Shown in pieces: positions 8,613-16,884 of a DNA stretch of 41,603 nt. Within the stretch, counting starts at the first letter, position 1. Every line of letters starts with the position of its first letter. This DNA is from Actinomycetota bacterium (GTDB lineage Bacteria; Actinomycetota; UBA4738; HRBIN12), in contig DATHVC010000265.1 of assembly GCA_035461565.1 (NCBI GenBank), positions 1 through 41,603 of the forward strand, written 5' to 3'. The notes under the pieces are model-generated. The model saw only the letters and a list, made by a program, of their open reading frames with translations, made no database searches and was not told the DNA's origin. Position numbers and translations under genes: made by a program.

Positions 8613-8930
8613 GTGATGGAGCCCGAGCAGACCCACGATCCCCACGCCGACCCGGCGCTCGGGATCGCCGCGGCCACCCTCCAGATCTCGCAGGCGGCCG
8701 ACGCCGAGGAGCGCCGGGATCGCACCCGCGAGAAGCGGCGGCGGGATCTCGACGCGCTCGAGGAGGTGCCGGGCGAGATCACGATCTGGCGGGACGCCCC
8801 CCCGACGGCCCGGGCCGAGCGCTGCACCGCGCGGCCCGGGCCGTTCGCTGCGCCTACCGCAAGGTTTGAAGGAGCTCGCGGGCGATCACGACCCGTTGGA
8901 TCTGGTTCGTGCCTTCGTAGATCTGCGTGA
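8613..8930 (+). CDS. possible small hypothetical protein (3' end antisense to the ACAD gene)
   Basis: GC3 is high from 8613 to about 8845, and purine-rich sequence (ggtgaggtgagcgggg) lies upstream of GTG/ATG 8613/8616. GC3 decays after about 8845, where the ORF runs antisense into the ACAD 3' end. The true end is uncertain. Confidence 0.3.
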   Translation: MMEPEQTHDPHADPALGIAAATLQISQAADAEERRDRTREKRRRDLDALEEVPGEITIWRDAPPTARAERCTARPGPFAAPTARFEGARGRSRPVGSGSCLRRSA

Positions 8931-10017
8931 TCTTCGCGTCGCGCATCAGGCGTTCGACGGGGTATTCGCGTACGTAGCCGTACCCGCCGAGCACCTGGAC
9001 CGCGTCGGTGGTGATCCGCATGGCCGCGTCGGAGGCGAAACACTTCGCCACGCTCGAGAAGTAGGTCATCCGCTCGTCGCCGGCGTCGCACAGGGCGAGC
9101 GCCTTGTAGACCAGGAGCCGGGAGGCCTCGATCTGCATCGCCATGTCCGCGAGCATGAACGACACTCCCTGGAACTCGGTGATCGGCTTGCCGAACTGCT
9201 GGCGTTCGTTCGCGTATCTCGCCGCGAAGTCGAACGCGCCCTGGGCGATTCCGAGCGCCTGCGCCCCGATCAGCGGCCGAGAGTAGTCGAGGGTCTCGAG
9301 CGCGATCCGAAACCCGTCGCCTTCCTCGCCGATGAGCCGGTCGGCCGGCAGGCGGGCGTCCAAGAGGATCACCTCGCGCGTCGGGGACCCGCGGATCCCC
9401 ATCTTGTCTTCTTTGCGGCCGAACGAGACCCCCGGATCGTCCTTCATCACGAGGAACGCGCTGATCCCCTTGGCGTGTTCGGCAGGATCGCGGGTGCCGA
9501 AGACGACATAGGCATGGCTCACCCCCGCTCCCGTGATGAACCGCTTCGTCCCGTTGAGGACGAAGCCGTCGCCGTCCCGCACGTACCGGGTGGTCAACGC
9601 CGCGGCGTCCGACCCGGCTCCCGGTTCGGTGAGCGCGTAGGACATGAGGATCTCGCCGCGCACGATGCCCTCGATCATCTGCTTGCGCTGCTCCTCGGTC
9701 CCCGCCAGGACGAGCGGGATCACGCCGAGCTTGCTCACCGCCGGGGCGAGGGCGAGCCCCGCGGCCACCCGCGACAGCTCCTCCACCAGCACCCCGAACG
9801 CGAGCGACCCGCCACCCGAACCCCCGTACTCCTCGGGGTAGCCGACGCCGGTGAGCTCGTTGTCCACCAACACCTGGAACAGGTCCTCGGGCCACTCGTC
9901 CGTGCGATCGATCTCGTCGGCCCGGGGGGCGATCTTCTCCTCGGCGATCTGCCGGACGAGGGCTCGGAACTCCTCGAGCTCCGGCGGCAGCTCGAACCGC
10001 TCGAGGTCCATGCTCAC
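8854..10017 (-). CDS. acyl-CoA dehydrogenase (short/medium-chain type)
   Basis: Full-length ACAD pattern: YALTEPGAGSDAA, NGTKRFITGAG, QFGKPI..FQ, and C-terminal RDAKITQIYEGTNQIQR. GTG 10017 overlaps the thiolase stop (GTGA). An alternative ATG lies at 10011. Confidence 0.93.
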   Translation of the reverse strand: MSMDLERFELPPELEEFRALVRQIAEEKIAPRADEIDRTDEWPEDLFQVLVDNELTGVGYPEEYGGSGGGSLAFGVLVEELSRVAAGLALAPAVSKLGVIPLVLAGTEEQRKQMIEGIVRGEILMSYALTEPGAGSDAAALTTRYVRDGDGFVLNGTKRFITGAGVSHAYVVFGTRDPAEHAKGISAFLVMKDDPGVSFGRKEDKMGIRGSPTREVILLDARLPADRLIGEEGDGFRIALETLDYSRPLIGAQALGIAQGAFDFAARYANERQQFGKPITEFQGVSFMLADMAMQIEASRLLVYKALALCDAGDERMTYFSSVAKCFASDAAMRITTDAVQVLGGYGYVREYPVERLMRDAKITQIYEGTNQIQRVVIARELLQTLR

Positions 10018-11195
10018 GCTCGTCGGAGGACCAGGGCGTCCCCCTGGCCGCCGCCGCCGCAGATCGTCGCGCCGCCGAGGTCCACGCCGCGCCGCCGCAT
10101 CTCGTGCGCGAGGGTGAGCACGATCCGCGCGCCGCTCATGCCGATCGGATGGCCGAGCGCCACCGCGCCGCCGTTCACGTTGGTGAGCTCCTCGTCGAAC
10201 CCGAGCATCCGCGTGACGTTCAGCGACACCGCGGCGAAGGCCTCGTTCACCTCGAGCAGGCCGAGATCGTGCACGTCCAGCTGCGCCTTCTTCAGCGCGT
10301 GCTGGAGCGCAAGCGCCGGCACCGTATGCAGGTAGGTGTACCGCTCGGCCGACATGCCGTGCGCCACGATCTCGGCCATCGGGGTGAGGCCGAGGCGTTC
10401 GGCCGTCTCCCGGCGAGCCACCACCACGGCGGCGGCGCCGTCGCTGATCTGGGCGGCGTTGCCGGCGGTGATCGTCCCGTCCTCGGTGAACGCCGGCGGA
10501 AGCGTGGCGAGGACCTCCGGAGTGGTCTCCGGCCGAACCCCTTCGTCGCGCTCGATCACGACGGGATCACCCTTGCGCTGGGGGATCTCCACCGCGACCG
10601 TTTCCTCGGCCAGGCGGCCCGCCTCCCAGGCGTCGTGGGCCCGTCGGTGCGACCGCGCCGACCACCGGTCCTGCTCTTCGCGCGTGATCCCGAGCTCCGA
10701 GTTGACCTCGTCGGAGGACTCGCCCATGTGCGCCTGGCGAAAGCTCGACCAGAGCCCGTCGTGGACCATCGAGTCGATCATCTGGGTATGGCCGAGCCTC
10801 GTTCCCGCCCGCGCGCTCGGCACCAGATGGGGGGCCCCGGTCATCGACTCCATGCCGCCGGCCACCACCACGTCCACCTCGCCCGCCCGGATGAGCTGGT
10901 CCGCCAGCGCGATCGCGTTGATGCCGGACAGGCACACCTTGTCCACGTTGAGCGCCGGCACCTCCTTTGGGATGCCGGCGGCCACGGCGGCCTGGCGAGC
11001 CGTGATCTGCCCGGTGCCCGCCCGTAGGACCTGCCCCAGGATCACGTAGTCGACCTGGTCGGCCTCGACGCCCGAGCGCGCGAGCGCCTCGCGGATGGCG
11101 ATCGCCCCGAGATCGACGGCGGACAGGCCGGCGAACGCCCCCTGGAACTTCCCGACCGGCGTCCGGGCGCCACCCACGATCACGGACGAACCCAT
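10014..11195 (-). CDS. acetyl-CoA C-acetyltransferase (thiolase II)
   Basis: Catalytic motifs are intact: nucleophile VDKVCLSGINAI, NVNGGAVALGHPIGMSGARI, and C-terminal ATICGGGGQGDALV. Confidence 0.93.
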   Translation of the reverse strand: MGSSVIVGGARTPVGKFQGAFAGLSAVDLGAIAIREALARSGVEADQVDYVILGQVLRAGTGQITARQAAVAAGIPKEVPALNVDKVCLSGINAIALADQLIRAGEVDVVVAGGMESMTGAPHLVPSARAGTRLGHTQMIDSMVHDGLWSSFRQAHMGESSDEVNSELGITREEQDRWSARSHRRAHDAWEAGRLAEETVAVEIPQRKGDPVVIERDEGVRPETTPEVLATLPPAFTEDGTITAGNAAQISDGAAAVVVARRETAERLGLTPMAEIVAHGMSAERYTYLHTVPALALQHALKKAQLDVHDLGLLEVNEAFAAVSLNVTRMLGFDEELTNVNGGAVALGHPIGMSGARIVLTLAHEMRRRGVDLGGATICGGGGQGDALVLRRA

Positions 11196-11314
11196 GTGCT
11201 TCGATCCTCCTGCGGCGACCCGGCCAGTCTACGTCGAGGGGTGGGTCCTCCGGCGGTCCCGATAGCCCGGCGTGTGCCATCCTCGACGGAGGTCCGATCG
11301 AGCGAGGAGGGTTC

Positions 11315-12190
11315 GTGGGTCACGTCGGGTTCGGGGTGACGATCATCCCGTCGGCGTCGGGGCGCTCGGATCCGGTCGCCGAGGCCCGGCGAGCCGAAGA
11401 GCTCGGGTTCGACCTAGTGGCGGTATGGGACCACCCCCACGGCCACCATCCGTCGTTCGAGAGCTGGACGTTGATGACGTGGGTCGCCGCGAACACGAGC
11501 CGGATCCGGATCGCCTCGAACGTGCTCGGGATGCCGTTTCGGCTGCCGGCGCTCGTGGCGAAGATGGCCGAGAGCCTGGACCGTCTCTCCGGTGGACGGC
11601 TCGTCCTGGGACTCGGCGCCGGGGGCAACGACGACGAGCTGGCGGCGTTCGGCGCGCCCACGCTGCCGCCGGAGGAGAAGGTCGAGGCGCTCGAGGAGGC
11701 TATCGAGGTCATCCGCGGCGTGTGGACCGAGCCGGCGTTCACGTACGACGGCGCGTATTACCGGAACCACGGCGCGCTCCTCGAGCCCAAGCCGGCCCGG
11801 CCCATCCCGATCTGGCTGGGCGCGTACGGCCCGCGGATGCTCGATCTCACCGGCCGCCTGGCCGACGGGTGGGTCCCCTCGCTCGGAGTTCTGCCGGCCG
11901 ACCGGGTCACGCCGGCCATGGATCGCGTGCGGGCTGCCGCCGAACGGGCCGGCCGGGACCCGGACGCGCTCGACTACGCGTGTAACGTGCAGGTGCGGGT
12001 GGGTGGCCCTCCGCCCGAGGACCCCGCGCGACGCGTGGCCGGTGAGCCCGAGCAGGTGGTCGATGTGTTGACCGGGCTCCTGGATCTCGGCTTCAGCGTC
12101 CTGAACTTCATGGTCGGTGGCCGCCGGGACGAGCAGATGGAGCTTCTCGGGACGCGGGTGCTTCCGGATCTCCGGTCCCGGAGCGGCTGA
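11315..12190 (+). CDS. LLM-class (luciferase-like) flavin/F420-dependent oxidoreductase
   Basis: LGFDLVAVWDH, RIRIASNVL, GGRLVLGLGAG and PIWLGAYGPRML are typical of the LLM family. SD gaggaggg lies 4-5 nt upstream of GTG 11315. Confidence 0.85.
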   Translation: MGHVGFGVTIIPSASGRSDPVAEARRAEELGFDLVAVWDHPHGHHPSFESWTLMTWVAANTSRIRIASNVLGMPFRLPALVAKMAESLDRLSGGRLVLGLGAGGNDDELAAFGAPTLPPEEKVEALEEAIEVIRGVWTEPAFTYDGAYYRNHGALLEPKPARPIPIWLGAYGPRMLDLTGRLADGWVPSLGVLPADRVTPAMDRVRAAAERAGRDPDALDYACNVQVRVGGPPPEDPARRVAGEPEQVVDVLTGLLDLGFSVLNFMVGGRRDEQMELLGTRVLPDLRSRSG

Positions 12191-12242
12191 CGCTCCCGGC
12201 TCCCAGGTCGCCACGACCCGGCAGGACGACCGCTGATGCCGA

Positions 12243-14117
12243 CTACTCGGCCGTCTCGTCCTGGGAGATGAGGTCGACCTCGGCGTCGGGCACGACGACC
12301 ACGTCGTCGCGGGCCGACAGCGCGAGCTCGATCACGCGCAGGATCTCCTCGCCCACGAGCTCGTCGCGAGCGATTAGGGCATCGCGAAGCGCCACGACGA
12401 CATCGCGGTTCTCCTCCAGGAGAGCGGCGACCCGCTCGCGTTGTGCCGTGAGGATCTCCTCGACCCCCTCCTTGCCCGCGGCGTCGGCCAGCACCTTGCC
12501 GACCAGGTTCTTCGAGCCGATGGGGCCTTCGGCGATCGCGTCGTAGGACACGAGCGAGCCCGCCATACCGAACGAGCCGACCATCTGCGCGGCGAGCGTG
12601 GTGGCGGTCTGGAGGTCGGAGGCGGGGCCGGTGCCGGTCTCGCCGAAGAAGATCTCCTCGGCGGCGAGCCCTCCCAGCGCGATGGCGATCGCCGATTGCA
12701 GCTCGGTCCGCGTTCGGGTGAACCGCTCCTCGGTATCGCCGTGCGCGAGCAGCCCGAGCGCCTGCCGGCGTTTGATGATCGACAGGACCTCGAGCCGCCG
12801 TCCGCGGCCCAGGAAATGCGCCACGGTGGCGTGCCCGGCCTCGTGTGTTGCCACGGCCACTCGGTCGGACTCCGTGTAGGTGACCGCCTGCTTGAAGCCG
12901 AGCTCCTCCGTGAGCTTGGCCTCGTGGACGTCGTCGAGGTTCATCTCCTTGCGGCCGTGACGAAGGGCCACCAGCAGCGCCTCGTCGAACAGATGCTCCA
13001 GCATCACCGGCGTGTAGCCGAACGAGTCGTGCGCCAGCCCCTCACGAGCCTCGTCTTCGTCGAGCTGTGAGTGATGCGCCTTGCGCGCGAGGAAGAAGTC
13101 GATGAGCTCGCGCCGCCCGTTCTTCGTCGGCAGGTCGAAGTAGAGCCGGCGGTCGAAACGGCCCGGACGCAGCAGCGCCAAGTCGAGATTGTCCGCCCGG
13201 TTGGTGGCGGCGATCAGCAGGATGTTGGCATAGCTGGGCTTGGTGGCCGGGATGCGTTTGTCCGGCGGCAGGAACCCGTTGACCCATTCGATCAAGCCGG
13301 CGCGGATTCGCGCCCCGCGGGGCGGCTGGTCGAACGACTGCATCTGGATCAGCAGCTCGTTCACCATCCCCGTACCGCCCGGACCGACGAACCTCGAGGC
13401 GACCCGCCCCAGCCCGGTGGGGTCGGGGCTGGCGTTGATCCCGCCGCGGTCGCCGCCGATGGCGTCGATCTCCTCGATGAAGCCGATCGCCCCGCCTTCT
13501 TTCCGGGCGAGCTTGCGCAACCTCTTGAAGAAGGCCCGGATCCGTGCGCCGGTCATTCCGTACCACATCGACTGGAACGCGGGAGCGGAGATGAACAGGA
13601 AGGGGACGCCGGCCTGTTTCGCCATCGCCTTGGCCAGATAGGTCTTGCCGGTCCCCGGCGGTCCCTCGAACAGGATGCCTCGCCGCGGGTTGCCCCCCAG
13701 CTCCTTTCGGAACGTGGCGTACCCGAGGAAGACGTCGAGCGTCCGGGTGACCTCGTCCACCTGGGAGTCGAGCCCCTGGACCTCGTTCAGTCCCACCTCG
13801 ATCTCCTCCGGTCGGACGACCAGATGCGGGGATCGACCGCTGAACATCGGCATGAGCATGACGATGAAGAGCAGCATCACCAGGAGCAGGAGCGGTGCCC
13901 AGATCACCCACTCCGGGCCGAACGTGGGGAGCTCGAAAGGGTTGTTGGTGAAGTAGCGGTACCAGAGATAGCCGTCGATCAGCCCGAGGAAGAGGACCAG
14001 GCGAAAGATGCGCCGGCGCCGCGTCCGCTCGCGGATCTTGAAGACGTCGGCCCGGCCCTTCTCGAACACGTCGGAACCATGCAACACCGCGGCGGTCGAT
14101 CGATTCCTCTCCTGCAC
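12243..14117 (-). CDS. atypical FtsH-family AAA+ zinc metalloprotease paralogue
   Basis: Two N-terminal TM helices. Walker A GPPGTGKT, Walker B GFIEEIDA, LLRPGRFDR (SRH/Arg finger) and a HEAGHA zinc motif. A long insertion lies between Walker B and sensor-1. I prefer GTG at 14117 (SD GGGAGG 5 nt upstream). The ORF maximum is 14123. Confidence 0.85.
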   Translation of the reverse strand: MQERNRSTAAVLHGSDVFEKGRADVFKIRERTRRRRIFRLVLFLGLIDGYLWYRYFTNNPFELPTFGPEWVIWAPLLLLVMLLFIVMLMPMFSGRSPHLVVRPEEIEVGLNEVQGLDSQVDEVTRTLDVFLGYATFRKELGGNPRRGILFEGPPGTGKTYLAKAMAKQAGVPFLFISAPAFQSMWYGMTGARIRAFFKRLRKLARKEGGAIGFIEEIDAIGGDRGGINASPDPTGLGRVASRFVGPGGTGMVNELLIQMQSFDQPPRGARIRAGLIEWVNGFLPPDKRIPATKPSYANILLIAATNRADNLDLALLRPGRFDRRLYFDLPTKNGRRELIDFFLARKAHHSQLDEDEAREGLAHDSFGYTPVMLEHLFDEALLVALRHGRKEMNLDDVHEAKLTEELGFKQAVTYTESDRVAVATHEAGHATVAHFLGRGRRLEVLSIIKRRQALGLLAHGDTEERFTRTRTELQSAIAIALGGLAAEEIFFGETGTGPASDLQTATTLAAQMVGSFGMAGSLVSYDAIAEGPIGSKNLVGKVLADAAGKEGVEEILTAQRERVAALLEENRDVVVALRDALIARDELVGEEILRVIELALSARDDVVVVPDAEVDLISQDETAE

Positions 14118-14266
14118 GGGCACCTCCCTGGCGCGGTCGGCCGCGCCCGACCCACCTTAGGTGACGCGGGGGACCCACGCATCCGGCATTCGGCCTAAGG
14201 AAGCCGTCGCCGGGCGGCGCGTTGCGCGCACGAGTCGTCCCGGGAAACCGGCTATCGTGCGGGTCC

Positions 14267-14653
14267 GTGGCCAGGAAGAAGCTCCCTCCCGTGGCCCGCG
14301 AGGACGCCCGGACGATCGGCGCCCTGCTGCGGGGCCTGCGGCGCGCGGCCGGCTACCGAGCCGTCCAGGACGCCGCGTCGGCTGCGGGATTCCCGGCCGC
14401 CCGCCAGACCATCTACGCATACGAACGCGGCGGCCTGACGCCCTCGCTCCAGCAGTTCCTCGATCTGGTCGAGTTCTACGCGGCGCATCCGATCGCCGCC
14501 GACGGCGCCAAGCCGGAGGAGGACCTTCGGGCGCTCGCCGTGGCGGCGATCGCTCGCGCCCTCGGGCTGCCCGTGTACCACCTGCGCCGGGCCCAGGACC
14601 TCATGGAACGGCTCCAGCCCGATCTCGCGCCGAGCCGCCGCCGGTCGCGCTGA
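14267..14653 (+). CDS. XRE-family helix-turn-helix transcriptional regulator
   Basis: HTH_3-like pattern: IGALLRGLRRAAGYRAVQDAASAAGFPAARQTIYAYERGGLTPSL. I prefer GTG 14267 (VARKKL); the ORF maximum starts at 14222. Its stop shares a base with the epimerase ATG (TGATG). Confidence 0.75.
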   Translation: MARKKLPPVAREDARTIGALLRGLRRAAGYRAVQDAASAAGFPAARQTIYAYERGGLTPSLQQFLDLVEFYAAHPIAADGAKPEEDLRALAVAAIARALGLPVYHLRRAQDLMERLQPDLAPSRRRSR

Positions 14654-15063
14654 TGTTCACGAGGATCGACCACGTCGGCATCGCCGTGGACGATCTGGAG
14701 GCCGCGGTGGATCACTATCGCGGGACGTTGGGCGCCGAGCCGGTCCTTCGCGAGCGCGTCGAGGACCAGGGGGTCGACGAGGTCCTGTTCGCCGTCGGCG
14801 ACGGGTACGTGCAGCTCCTGGGATCCCTGGGGCCCGAGACCCCGGTCGGCCGGTTCCTGGCCCGGCGCGGGCCCGGGCTGCACCACATCGGCTACGCGGT
14901 CGACGACATCGCGGCCGCCCTGGAGCGGCTCCGCGCGGCCGGGGTACAGCTCGTGGACGACGAGGCCCGGCCCGGCTCCCGCCGGACGATGGTGGCGTTC
15001 GTCCATCCGAGCGGGATGGGCGGGGTGCTGGTCGAGCTGGTGCAGGAGCCGCGGGGAACCTAG
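14653..15063 (+). CDS. mce: methylmalonyl-CoA / ethylmalonyl-CoA epimerase (VOC superfamily)
   Basis: MFTRIDHVGIAV.DLE.A...Y...LG, then LHHIGY.VDDI and FVHP....GVLVELVQ is the classic epimerase pattern. About 136 aa. Confidence 0.85.
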   Translation: MFTRIDHVGIAVDDLEAAVDHYRGTLGAEPVLRERVEDQGVDEVLFAVGDGYVQLLGSLGPETPVGRFLARRGPGLHHIGYAVDDIAAALERLRAAGVQLVDDEARPGSRRTMVAFVHPSGMGGVLVELVQEPRGT

Positions 15064-15539
15064 CCGGCGTGCGCGACGAGGGCCGCGTTCAGGCTCTCGA
15101 CCATACGTTGGGCCTGACGGTCACCCGGGTTGAAGGCCGACTCGACCGCCCGGATGCCGAACAGCGGGACCCGGGACCCGTCACGCAGGGTCGCTACACC
15201 GAGCCCGGTGAACACCGCGTACCGCCCGAGGGAGAAACCCTGGATCTCCCGCCAGGGGAGCAGGCGCCGGGCGAACGGGTTCCGAACGAAGACGCCGTCC
15301 TCCCGGACCTGGATGCCGGCCAGGGCCACCCGACCGACCAGGAACCAACCGAGACCCACGCCGGCCCCCACCAGCACCGCTCGGAGCACGAACGGGAGGT
15401 CGGGCCCGATCATCCCGACGTTGAGGATCATCAGGGCCGCGCCGGCACCGAACAGGCCCAGGCCGAGGGCCCACTGTCGCGTTCGCTGCATCTTCATGAG
15501 CTGCGCCTCCCCCTCGAGCGACCGGTCGTTCCGATCCAT
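15060..15539 (-). CDS. small membrane protein with bacterial PH domain
   Basis: Two TM helices (WALGLGLFGAGAALMILNV, VLVGAGVGLGWFLV) are followed by GIQVREDGVFVRNPFARRLLPWREIQGF, typical of actinobacterial PH-domain proteins. Its stop overlaps the mce stop (CTAG). Confidence 0.7.
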   Translation of the reverse strand: MDRNDRSLEGEAQLMKMQRTRQWALGLGLFGAGAALMILNVGMIGPDLPFVLRAVLVGAGVGLGWFLVGRVALAGIQVREDGVFVRNPFARRLLPWREIQGFSLGRYAVFTGLGVATLRDGSRVPLFGIRAVESAFNPGDRQAQRMVESLNAALVAHAG

Positions 15540-15602
15540 CGGTTGCCCGGGCGAGGCACTGTAGCGGACGTTGGTCCCGATGCCTTGCGACCCCGGGCCG
15601 GG

Positions 15603-16844
15603 TCACGGCAGGCCGGTCAGCCCTCGCCGCGGCGCCCCCACCAACACGGACACGTTGCCCTGGGGAAGCGCGCCCTCCCCCATCAGCTGGTGGACACGGC
15701 CGGCCTCGTGGTAGTGGAACACCCCACCGAGGGTGGTCCGGATCCGGCCCTGGCGGACCAGGTCGTTGAACGCCGCGGCCTGGTCGTCGTTGAACAGGTG
15801 CGAACCCTGGTACCGCTTCTGGAGATACCAGAGGTACCGGACGTCGATCATCGTGTCGTAGCCGGAGGTCCCGGCGCAGATCACGATCATGCCGCCGCGG
15901 TCGCACACGAAGTTCGACGTGGGGATGGTGTCCTGACCCGGGTGCTCGAAGACGATTCGCGGGTTGGTGCGTTCGCCGAGGGCGTCCCAGATGGCCTTGC
16001 CGAACGACTTGGCGCCTTCGAACCAGTCCTTCCATTCGGGATCGTCCCACCTCGGCGGCACGCCCCAGTGCGTGAAGTTCGAGCGGTTCACGTAGCCGAC
16101 CGCGCCGAGGCTCCGGCAATATTCGCCACGGTCGTCGTTCGAGACCACCGCCACGGCTCGGCCACCGGCCAGCGTCACCAGCTGGATCGCCAGCGAGCCG
16201 AGCCCGCCGGAACCGCCCCAGACCAGCACGACGTCGCCTTCGCTCACGGTGTGGGGCGGCCACCCGTGCAGCATCCGGTAGGCGGTCGAACCCGTCAGCG
16301 TCGGGGCGGCGGCCTCCTCCCACGTCAGGCCGTCCGCCTTGGGGAGACACTGGTGCGCCTGAACCTTCGTGTATTGCGCGAACGACCCCCAGCACGTGTC
16401 GTATCCCCAGACACGGAAGCTCGGCGAGAGACCGGGGTCGTTCCCGGCGGTCACCCACGGGTCGTCGAGGTCCCACTGCCCGGCGTGCACCACGACGTGA
16501 TCGCCGACCTCGACGTTCGTCACGCGATCGCCCAGGGCGGCGACGATCCCCGATGCGTCGGAACCGACGACGTGGAACTCGGTGGGTTCGCCCCAGCGGG
16601 CCTGGGTCTTCGTCACGTCCACCGGCACACCGCGGGCCGCCCAGACGTTGTTGAAGTTCACCCCCGCCGCCATCACGAGAACGAGCACCTCGTCCGGCCC
16701 GATCTCGGGCACATCGATCACCTCGTCCCGGATGGCGTCGGTCGGCTCGCCGAACCGGTCCGGACGCACGAGCTGGGCGTGCATCCGGGGCGGTACCTCG
16801 CCGATGGGGGGGAGATCACCGATGTCGTAAACGTCTTTACCCAT
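15603..16844 (-). CDS. ccr: crotonyl-CoA carboxylase/reductase
   Basis: Collinear with characterised Ccr enzymes along the whole length: YDIGDLPPIG.VP..MHA, AAGVNFNNVWAA, GSDASGIV, RVWGYDT.WGSFAQY, TGSTAYRML, GGSGGLGS.AIQL, FEHPG, GGMIV.CAGTSGY, QGSH. Confidence 0.9.
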   Translation of the reverse strand: MGKDVYDIGDLPPIGEVPPRMHAQLVRPDRFGEPTDAIRDEVIDVPEIGPDEVLVLVMAAGVNFNNVWAARGVPVDVTKTQARWGEPTEFHVVGSDASGIVAALGDRVTNVEVGDHVVVHAGQWDLDDPWVTAGNDPGLSPSFRVWGYDTCWGSFAQYTKVQAHQCLPKADGLTWEEAAAPTLTGSTAYRMLHGWPPHTVSEGDVVLVWGGSGGLGSLAIQLVTLAGGRAVAVVSNDDRGEYCRSLGAVGYVNRSNFTHWGVPPRWDDPEWKDWFEGAKSFGKAIWDALGERTNPRIVFEHPGQDTIPTSNFVCDRGGMIVICAGTSGYDTMIDVRYLWYLQKRYQGSHLFNDDQAAAFNDLVRQGRIRTTLGGVFHYHEAGRVHQLMGEGALPQGNVSVLVGAPRRGLTGLP

Positions 16845-16884
16845 GGTGGGATCGGCCTCCGAACGAGTGCGGGTGGCGCGGAGC

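Noticed and set aside
6832-9895. Long minus-strand ORFs 6832-8547 (571 aa) and 7787-9895 (702 aa)
   Set aside because: They are antisense or off-frame to the coiled-coil membrane gene and the ACAD gene. They have extreme Arg/Gly/Pro content and no motifs.
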